Origin: Sphacelaria rigidula
Taxonomy: Eukaryota
DNA: 34,340 bases
Direction: 5' to 3'
NCBI GenBank assembly: GCA_964200075.2
Contig: CAXNAA020000026.1
Span: forward strand, 1 to 34,340
The notes under the pieces are model-generated. The model searched no databases. It was not told where the DNA came from and saw only the letters and a list, made by a program, of their open reading frames with translations. Numbering within the stretch: the first letter of the stretch is position 1; each line of letters begins with the position of its first letter. The position numbers and the translations under genes were made by a program. This document shows positions 1 to 10,800 of the stretch, piece by piece.

Positions 1-55
1 CTCAAGACTCGTCGAATTGGGCCGTGCGTTCAACATTTTCCGTGACACTGCTGCA

Positions 56-132
56 CCCCTATAAATCAAGTGATGGAAGACTCCGATTATGGAGGTCATG
101 AGTTCGAATCCCGACAAATTCTCTCTTTTTTT
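56..132 (+). mobile_element. tRNA-like degenerate sequence (tRNA-derived SINE head or tRNA pseudogene)
   Basis: B-box GTTCGAATCC at 102-111, small stem CTCC/GGAG at 81-94 and a T7 tract at 126-132. The A-box and acceptor stem are degenerate. Confidence 0.5.
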
Positions 133-615
133 CGCCCGTCGTTGAGGTAATACGTTATACAGTACATTTTTTTTTCATTCAGCGGCGTTGCCGTATGTCA
201 CCAGGCTGGTCTACACTTCACGGTGGTATGCTTACATCGGGTTTATTCGGGAAACTGGGGAAGCTGTGGTGGTGAGGTTGTGTCCACAAAACCAAAAAAA
301 TGGCAAAGGCGCCGTCTTACACGAATCACCCGACGCCTAGGGCTTTTGACGTTGGTTGCGCGTGCTTGAGGGTTGGTCGCTACTCGTGCCCTTTACGGGC
401 CATGTCCATCATGAAGAACCCCACGATAAGATCATTGCTATGTTCCAACTGCGTACGCTTGGAGACTCCGGCACCTAAATGCGGGCAAATGAACTTCTGT
501 AAAGATACGCTCACGTGGCGTTCCCTTGGGCAAGTTGGGCGAATCATTGCTTCGTGGATGTGCACAACACACGGTTCAGAAGACCTTGGTTCCTGGAGGG
601 ACATGACGGTCGCAC

Positions 616-3600
616 CTGTTGTCCGATGGCGTTGACGTCGAACCTTTGCGGCAAGGAAGGAAGTAGCCCCTGCCGGATGGATTCTGCTGTGGTAAAACAT
701 ATCGGACTACCCCCACCTGTGGCAACACTGGTATCATCCTCTTCTTGTTCACTTGTGCTCGCTCTCTTCCCAGCGCCCGTTCCCAACCTACGCCCAGTCC
801 CGCGGAGAGTACGTCAGTGATGGGCAAGCGATGTTAACACACAGCACTTCCACCGACACAACCTCGCAACACTCATCACAATATATTCCCAAGGGGCACA
901 CCAGGAGGCCCTATATTTTGGAATCTAGACACCATAGATAGCCTCGACCGTTGAGATTAATCGGATCGGGGGAGGTATCGCGGGGTATCGGAGGAGTGTC
1001 GTGCTACTACTCCTAAGTGCACTGGTTATGCTCGAGTACGGGGGTGCCATCCAAAATTCAATAAAACTCTACACTACCGAAGACCAACATACTTGAGTTT
1101 AGCGTACAGGCGTCCACATCACTTGATTTTTGAAGCTTGTATGGGTCCGACAGTATCTTGAACCAAGTATGGCCGGTCTTGACCACTTGGATACAGTATG
1201 GTCACTCCATATTCAAGACGATAGCCAAAACTACTTGACTTTAGAACGCATATTTAAAGATCAAATTCGTTGTGTTTGATGTAACTTTATACAAACCACT
1301 CGAGTTTTCGTGGGCCCACTGAATACTTTGATCAAGTATTGCCGGTATTGATTGCTTGGATACAGTATGATCAGTCTATATCCAAGACGATGGTGAAGAC
1401 TGCTTGACTTGAAACTACGAAGATTCAATCACTTGGGTTTCATCTACATGTACATGGAGTGCTTAATTTTAGCGTCGGCCCACTAGTCACTGGGATCTTG
1501 TATGGGCGGTAATATTCATTAACTGTAGCGTATTCGGTCAGTATCCAAGACATTAGTCAAAATCACTTGACTTTAAACTACGAAATACTAAATTACTTGG
1601 GTTTAGTGTACATGTAAAAACTACTCGAGGTTAGTATAGGTAGATCTGGGCACCCACTATTAACAGTTGAATTTTCTCTCCCTTCGGAGGGGGGGGCGGC
1701 AGAGATACTATGGTGTCGGAAATTCAAGTCTGCGAGGGCCCCTGGAGACACCTCGAAAAAGCGGCGAATATCTCCTCTGCTGCATTCGTCAGATATCCAG
1801 TTTCTGCGTTCGCCGGCATCCCGAACATCGCTGGCGTCTCTTCGGGTAAGAATCGCTCGATGTGAGCACTGTACAGGTGATGGTCCATGCCCTCTGGCTC
1901 AGGCGCTAAAAATCCAGGTGCCAACTCCTTCCCAGCCACCAGCTTTTCGTCGAATATATCCTGTGAGCAGACAGAAGGCCATGTGTGTTGCTAGCATGGC
2001 CAGCTTGCCTCCTTACTACCGTGGGCGACGTGCGAACGGTTCGTTTATGAAAATATTGCTCAGGTCAAGGCACAGGGTACCTACCGTATCTCGAACGTGA
2101 TGCGCTTCCACTAAACTTTTATGTCGTCATCCAACAGACAACAAGAGAGTAATCCATATGCTAACTCTCACCTCGAGATAGGAAATAGTTACCCGTCGGT
2201 CAAAGTAGTCGGTGATATGCCCCCCATACATTATCTCTCCGAATATATACCGTAGCTCCTGCCAAGGTGCCTCGCGGATACCACCTCCCGACGGAGCGAT
2301 CGACGCCTCCCAATAACTGTGGAGGATATTGGCGCAAATGCTAAGGTCCCCGTTGTTGAATCCGTAAGACCGAGACCAGCCCTGCTGGCCGAATCGCCTC
2401 CTTCCCAGAACCAGGGAGTGGAAGAAGCACAGTCCAAACAGACACGCTCGGAATTCCTTTACGGCCGTGCATGAATCAAGCTTCTCCTGGTCGAACATAG
2501 CCCATGCTCGGCGTAGATTTGAGCGCAAATCAGCTGGTGCTTCATTCGCCACCTTGAGACACGACTGCACCCCCCTCCCCCCGATAAAGAGCAAGGCGGA
2601 TACCGAAACGGGGAAACGATAATCGAGCATCAAATGGTCACCATAATGGGATGAGGCTCGTCAAGAAAATGAGCCCGAACACTTTCACACACCCTGGACA
2701 AAACAAAATGTAATATATATATATATATACAAGGGGTTCCGCGGTTTACGCCGCCACGGTCAATGAGATCGACGCCCAAGGTACATGAGAACCGGTCACC
2801 GTTGCTCGCATTGCGTAACGGCACAGGTCATAGTTTTAATTAATTTCGCTATTTTTTCATTCCTTGTGTGCTTTTCTTTGCCTTCATCACTGGCGTGTGT
2901 TTACAGCTACACGTAACAGCGGATCCTGGGAAATGGGATCCATCTCGAAAATGAGGTTGAAGCGGCATATCTTTTTTGCAGGGATGACGACGCGGAACAC
3001 TTACGACCGAGCGAAGCCATCTCCCCCCCCAAATGTCCGCACTCCGTCTCGAAAGGGATGCGTGGTCAATGGTCAAACGACTAATGTATATATATATATA
3101 TGTATATTGGGCACATATTGTATTGTTCAGGGCGTGATACTTTCTGATGCCGTCCGGTACGAAATTTAGCCTTACGCTACAGATAGCCGATCGATGTGAA
3201 GTTGGGGGGGGGTAGTCATTCGTTGCTTGCCTTAGTCGTTTGACCATTGACCACGCATCCCTCTCGAAACGGAGCACCGTACCTACTCCTAATAGAGACA
3301 CCTCCAACATTCCGGCGCCCATACGTTTCTTCTGCAGCTCATGAAGTTTCTTCCATACATTGCACAAAAACCTTGTACATATCTTATCCCCGTCCTGTTT
3401 TGCCGTCTCTGGCCATGTGAAGTTGGGGGGGAAATAGACCGTTGCCCACCTGCAATAGAGCCTCTGGCATGTTCTGCATCGTTGGCAGTGGTGGCAGCTC
3501 TGCGGAAAGAAAGCAACGGAACGACTCGTCCGCAGTATCACTGAGAGACTCGAGTGTTACAACCAATGTAGGCAGCCATGACTGCATCAGATGAACGTTC

Positions 3601-4843
3601 TGCAGCATTGCCCAGCCACCCTTCTGTGCCAGCCTGACAAGCGTGCGTTCTGCTTTCGCTTCTTGACCCTGGCCTGCGAGCGGTACAGACGCGGGGGGGA
3701 GGTTCAGGAAACGTACGAGTTGTACCGTGCTCAGGCACATTTATCTAGAATATGCGTTCGTGTGCTCCTCCTTACCCATGGAAGTGTTGGACAGCAATCC
3801 GTTAGTTGTGGTGACGCCCAATTCTCGGCCCAGACCCTCAACCCAGGCCGTTGGATCCACGCCAGGGAAGAGGAGAAACAAGATAGGAGTAGAGGCAGAG
3901 CTGTCGTTGAGAACACTTTGCATTGAGAAAGGAGGCTGAGAGACGAAGCTCTCGCCCAAGAAAGCCGCGACGAATTTTCGGAGGGCGAACGTTATCCGAT
4001 CAGGCCGCAAGACCCGCAGAACGCAAAGGGTCTGTACCTCCCCGGCAGCAGCAAAATCCCCGGGAAGTGAGCCCTCTTCAGGGCAGGGACTCTCGTACCA
4101 TTCCGCCCATTCGTCGGCAAACATGACAAACTTTGCCGCGATATCTTGGAACAGAATGTCGTCGTCGCCAAGCCATTCTAGACCCAAGAAACACTTCCAG
4201 GTATGCTCTGGGAAAATCCTGTCGAAGCATTGCAGAAGCGAACGAAGTCAAGCAATTTGTTCGAGATCATGGGATACTCCTATAGGTGATGATATATTTT
4301 GCACTGCAAGATGGTGATGACGTGGCGTTGGCGGGCGAAGTCATGTTTTTATTCGGAAGACTGTTTTTACTCGGACGATAAATTGAATGAAGTTTTGGTG
4401 AGAAGAGCCAAGTAAGACGATCCCACTGTGGGCAGCTGTCATTCCTCGAATGATAAAAAATCGTTCTTGGAAGTTGGGCACGTGAATGTCCTAAGGTATC
4501 ACTAAAGGGAAAATGTCGGCACGGTTCATTGTTAGGAGCCATGAAATCGATGGAGCCGCGTCGACAGTTTGGTGAGTGATGACGCCATTCCAGCAGTAGC
4601 ACACGTGAAGTTTGCTGACCTGCGAGCTTCTTCCGGGAAGACGGAAGAATCTCCAGCTGGTTGTGGGGACAAGAATGATTCAATTGCACTTCGCCCGCCA
4701 CTATTTTCGCCACAAAGCCGCATCGTTTTCAGAGCGACCAAGCTAGCAACAATGAGCTTATCCTTCTCCACTAGGCCCCGTCGTACGTAGTTGAATACCA
4801 CAAGGGTGATGCGGGCTTGAAGTCTCGACACTTTCGCCAAGAG
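616..4843 (-). CDS. Dynein HC exons 56-61: AAA5 extension, AAA6 and start of C-terminal domain (continues beyond the left window edge)
   Basis: [100 protein letters not shown]. The last traced exon ends at a GT donor (614-615). Confidence 0.92.
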
Positions 4844-7800
4844 CTGACAAGCACCAGCAGGACACAGAGAGATTCGGGTGACGAAAAAATATCGCTGCAG
4901 CTCTGAGCGACAAGATGTAAACAAACAAAAGTCAAAGGTAAGGAATACCGCGATGGAAGCTATGAAGGGGCACTGGCACACTCCGCTATTCCAACGGTTA
5001 ACTGCGTTGGTAATCGCCTTTATACATGTTCCGATTCAGAAAGCATGGTCATTAGCGAGCACCTGGTACTGAACAATAGTTGGTAAGACATATGATTCCA
5101 AGGAACAAGGTAGCGACCCACCAAAGGTCGATCGAACTCACCTCGTCCCTTGCACCAGAACTTTCGCCATCCTCATGGCGCAATAAGTCACCCAAGCTCC
5201 CGATGCTCTCTCGGCTATGTTCTGCGGGTTCTGCAGAAGTCTGAATCAGATCCTGAAGGAGCCGGTCGTGCAACACACATTGAGATGAACACGCCGGCGT
5301 TCGGGATTTCAACGTTCGGTGCAACGCGTACCGGGGTTTGCGATGGAAGCAAGTCATATGCAAGATTCGAAGTGCATTCATGTACAAGGGGTCACGCGCA
5401 TTGCGCTCAGCACTCATCACACCTCGTTCCATCCGAATGGTTGTACTTGGGAAGATCGCTTGCGTTGGCGGTTCTTTGGCGGCACGGCCTTGCTCTTGCC
5501 TTTGTCCGACTTTCTTCCTGCTGTCTCTTCATTCACCAAGTCAATCCCACACTGCCCGAATTCCGATAAAAGACGATCGACATGGAGTCAGCACCGATTG
5601 CCCATAAGCCAGAACACGGTTTGCTTTGTTTTTAGGGCTTATTACCTACCTATTATCTTGTAGTGATTGCGCATGCTCGGGTTCAAGGTCAAGTTCGTAT
5701 CCAATTGTTCAAGAGGCGGACGTTTGAGCATCAAACCAGTGAGCGCTCACTCGTTCAATGCTCAAATAGACAATGGTGAGGTCAAACGTCGGCTTCTCGA
5801 ACAGTTTGATAACGAGACCAAATGTATTATTGTCTCTTCTTGCGACGGGCGTGACTGTATCCAACAGTACCTGAAAAATCGCTACGAATGCGTTAAGGCT
5901 ATAGACATAGAGCGAGTTGATCTTGTGGAGGTCCGTAATGATGAAGTACAAGAGGCTCCCTCGTTTAGCGACGTCCTTGTACTCCTCGGACAGCTGCGTG
6001 ATCTTTTCCGTTGCCACCTGCAATATGGGACGGTGCAGTGAACTTGAAGTTACATCCTTCTTTTCTTGGAGGCTTTCAACGGGGATTGAACAACGGCTAG
6101 CCCTCACTGACCACGTGGTCATCTTCAGAGGACATATGGCGAGCCTATCTGACCACGTGGTCATCTTGAAAGGACCATATGGCGAGCCTTATCCTTTCTT
6201 AGCTCACCTTCATCTCTGCCAGTTGTTGCGTGATGCCCTTGCTTAATTTCTTGGATTCCTCGAGTCCCTCGACAAGGGCACGGTCTTCCGTAACGTCACC
6301 CGAAGACTCCGCTAAGCGCACGAGAATATCGTCCTCGAGTTCCCGAATGCGTACCTAGAACGTATGGGGTACGCCCGCACGCACAGCGATAGTGTATCGC
6401 GTGTCGGTGAGCCATAACGTACAACACATAAGTGTTGTTCTGCGTAGACTACAGCATTAGACCGATACATCTTCGATGCTCTACGCTTTGAAGCTTGTAC
6501 ACACCCCTTGATAATATTCAGAACGGTGCAGACTACCTAATTCTTCGATGCTAGCAAGTTGACTGACGCATTTGGTCGAAAAGAGGGACGGATGAGATCG
6601 TGCACTTGTCGCGGCCAAAATCTCACCCTAAATTGGTTCTGTTGTTGCAGCAAGGACGCTTTATGCGTTGCCAAGTCCGGTCGTTCAGTCTTGATGACAA
6701 CGGATAACAACTGGTCTTCAAGGCCTGTGGGAGTTACCATGAAGTTCACCATCGTCGTCTCCGCCTGAACCTCCGGCGGGAAGTGCGGATTCGAAAGCTT
6801 GGTGTGCAAAAAGAATCTGAAGTCGTCGTGCTGCTCCACTTCATCGTCGCCAATAACTATGACAGTACGGTTGCCTCTTCTGACAAACGCCCGTGTGACA
6901 ACAGGTAAGATGACAGGGTCAATGCTTTCCCCCATGTTTTCCACTATCATAGAGTATCCACGCTCCAATGCTTCCTGAAGCCGGCGCAGTAGAGTTTTCT
7001 GTCCAAGGCGTACTATTTGTAGATTTCGGTTAGCTTCCTTTTGCTTCAGCCAGGCAATTCCCTGCATGCGCATAGAGCAAGTGAGGTGAGCGTGTGGTGG
7101 GAGAACGCGTGAGACTTGACGTCGCTACTCGAGCCGTCGATGGCTGAAAATAAACGAGTATTTGCATGCAAAACTACGAGACTCGTCACTTGTTTCCACC
7201 TGAAGTTGTGGGTCGATGATGAGCGGCCATCTTGCGCAGCTATTCACGATTGCCCCATTCTCGGCTGATACAGGGTCCGCAGGTAAGCCCTGTGTGTTCC
7301 ATTTCGCAATTTCGGCTTCACTAGTCAAAACCCGCAGAGGGTCAGCCGCTGCGCTCATGGGCATTGGCTTGTTGTTGACAGATTTCTCCAATAGTGGCAA
7401 CCATTGCCCTCTCAACAGCTGCTCTCGGAAGGGCTTCGTAAATGGACCGATGTAGCTGAGGAACGCGCTAGCTACAAGCACGTCTCCAACAAGAACATCC
7501 TTCTCGTTTGCCAACGTGCTTACGCCCTTAGCCCACCGCTCTGTTTCTCCTCCCAGGCTCGACACGAGGCGCCTCGCCAACTCGATCTTGCTTTTGCCTC
7601 GCTCGTATGTGTTTTGCGCGTCGAGTTTCTCTCCTTCTGCCTTCTCGTACTCGGCATTTAGAGCAGCAAGCGTGGCCTCCAGTTGGGCCAATCGAGCTCT
7701 CACCTGCACTTAGTGCAAGGGGGAGTATACTGCGTATAAGAATAGCGACTGACCCCGTTCGTGCTAAGCTCGATGTGCGTGTTCTCTCCCGCATCTTCTG

Positions 7801-10800
7801 TATGTTTCGAGATGTCAAAATCTTCTCACCTCTCCCAGCTCAAGATTCGCTGCCTCGAGTTGGCCATTTGCTTCTTGCAGTGCTCGCCTCTTGGGCTCCA
7901 CTGTTCGCACAATGTCGTAATACTGCACAATATTGAGCACCCACGAGCACAGCCCTGCAGCCGCGGAGTTCCGCTTCTCGATAACTTCTACTTTAAAATG
8001 TTCTAGATCGAGGAAAGGCCGGACCTCTCGAATATTTATTTCTGGTACAGATCCATCGTCCACCGCGCCTTTGAACTCCTGCCCAGCGACACGAGCACAC
8101 CGAGACACAAAAACAAGCCGTGCTAACCAAGACACGCTTGCGAGGTACAACATCCAAGTAGCCGACTTCGTTGAAAACCAACGCTACCTTGCTACACGGA
8201 AATAGGTCGGGGTCCCGTCTTGTCGTGCGCGAAAAGTAGGATTCAAGATAGTCTTTTGTACTGGCCGCATTTGGCGGCACGATTTGGTTGCCCCGAATGA
8301 GTGACAAAACTGCAGCGCATCTTCTACACGATCACCCCCTCTGGTGACAACGGACCTTCAACTCCTCCAGGAAACCGTTAATGTTCCCTAACAAGGATTT
8401 TTTTACGCTGTCCCACGTGCGATCTTTCTCTCGAACTTTTCCGGTCTGCTTACTGACTCCCACGTTATCGCTGAGAGTTGCCAGCAACACCTGATGTGGA
8501 GAAGAAGCGGAATGCGTTAGTGCGGGCGGTCACGCGTGCCATAAACTGGTACACAGGAAGCAGTTGGAGATGACACTACCATGCTTACCCGCACCGACGT
8601 TCGGTGATATTCGATGGGCGTCATAGTATCAAAAAAAAAAAAAACGTCTGCCTTGTATCGTTTTCATCGATTGGAAAGTAAGCGCTGTGCCGTGCGACTG
8701 ACAGTGGACAAAACGAAACACTCACCATGCAGGCAATAAAAATATCTACCACGCCTGGTGGAGGAACGCTCATAGTCTTGCATTGCCCAAGCTGGGATTT
8801 ATCCAGAGTGTCGAGGGCACTCGTTGCAGCGAGTACAGCAGGCTCCGCCTTGGCCAGGTCGTTTTCGGCGTCTGCTTGTTTTCGCGACACCTCGTTCTGG
8901 ATTATTGCCACTTTTCCAGCCTCGATGTTTGCGTTTTCTGTCTCGCGTTCGACGCCTTCCCTCTCCATTCGCACCTATGAACACGAGGAATATACATCAA
9001 TCTCGACGGCGAAAGTACTGTAGGATGTGCCCTGCATGTATGCATCCCCTTCACTCACACCCTGTCCTCATACTGCACACTTGTTGTGCGTGGCGAACAT
9101 GGTACCCTTGAGATCTTCTGACGCACGTGCATCCGTGTTGTCGCTACTTCTCACTCCGAGGTACTTCTTCAACCGGCATTTTTTGTGCGGAGCTGGGGAC
9201 CTGCGAAACTTCTTGATACAATATGACATGCGTTTCACGAAAACTGACCTGTTCAGCCATCTTGTCAGCTTGAGCACGCTTCTCTTCTGCTGAAGCCAGC
9301 ATAACCTACCGTACGGTGTAGCACGTGGCGCTATCATCCTTTGCGCATAGCAATGTAATTCATCATACGGTCACGTGGCACCGCAGCCACAAGGAAATAG
9401 CAATGTTTCACCACGAGTCATTTTTTTATCAAGATCAATCCGGAAAATGTCAGATGCAAAGTGGCCTGCAATCACTGGACGCTGAGTCGTGCGACGATAG
9501 AGAGCGAGGAAACGTTAGATTCGTTTAATTAAACGGACGTTGCGAGCGGTTCATCTTCATTGCCCCCCTTTACCGCTTCACAACGACACCCCGAGCTCAA
9601 GGCTGTAAGAGTACCAAAACCGTTGATGCCACAGCTCACAAAACATCCTCAACAGGAGCTGGAATACCTTGAGATTTTCTTCGAGGCTTGCTACGGCATC
9701 CGCCGACTGCGCCAGCTTGAGTACGCCTCCTTCGAGCCTTTGAATTGCAGCGTCAACTTCCAGATGCTTCCTTTCGAGCAGCGACGTGAAAAGCTTCAGC
9801 AGCTCCAGGTAGGACTTGGGTGTGGTGTACACGTATCGACCCTCCGCTGCAACAAACTATCGTGAAAGAGGAGCCGCGGAAAGGAGACATATGTTATCTG
9901 GGAAATTACATGCATATTCTAACTCGGCGGCTATCCCGATTTTTGGCAGCATACAAAGCAATCTTCCATGTGATGAGGCAGACTCTCACCGCATTGCACA
10001 TGACGTTGACTCCTTCGAAACTGTTTATCATGAATTTTTCCACGCCTTCTCGTATGCCTTCGCCACTGAGGTATTCGTTGTTGGCCAGGAAACGGGTGCC
10101 CACGCTTGCCAAAGCTTCTTTCGGCCACGGCTGGAACCAATCTATGACCGTACAGGACACCAGTGCCGGAAATTTTCGTGCCCGTCTTCGGAACTCTGGG
10201 GCCATCGGCGATAGGCACAAAATTACGTGGAGCTTCTCACGTATCTGTTTAGGGAAAATGGGGAATTCCGAGCACACGTACTGAGAAGCGTTACGATGTT
10301 GTCCAACGTGATATCAAGAGGGCATATGGCGACTGTTGCAGCACCCGGTGGTGTGGTATAAAGCCAGACACCAGGGCGATCTGGTGTTGTCGAGTTCGGA
10401 TGTGATATTACGTACTCGTGCGTCGCTCTGTACTCCAGGGAAAGAAATCAGACGCATGTGCAAGAGAACTCGAGGGTCTACAGTATCACTGAATATGGAC
10501 GACCTGTTGAATGAAGTAATCCCAGCATGCCGGAGGTTCAGGTGAAATCCCCTTTGCTTTCACCACCTCGACGAGTTCCTCTGCTATCGACAGCTGTTCA
10601 TCTTTCGTATAGAGGTCAGGGATATGACCAGAGCTCAGCAAGTCATTTAGATAAACCTTGGATAGAATGTACAAAAAACAGGAGCGCGGGCACAATCGTT
10701 AGAGCATGATGTGGATATCACGTTGCACCCGTGTAGAGGCAGTGATTTATGTGTTAGTGCAATTTTACCAACGAAGTATGGCCAACTGAAAATCGCACCG

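Noticed and set aside
56..132. Functional tRNA gene
   Set aside because: No convincing acceptor stem or D-arm, so kept only as a tRNA-like relic.
1075..1640. Possible CRISPR-like array
   Set aside because: Units are long degenerate tandem copies without identical repeats and unique spacers; the context is a eukaryotic intron with no cas genes.
2849..3541. 230-aa minus-strand ORF
   Set aside because: It is an alternative frame of an exon running into an intron made of repeat copies and (TA)n; not protein-like.
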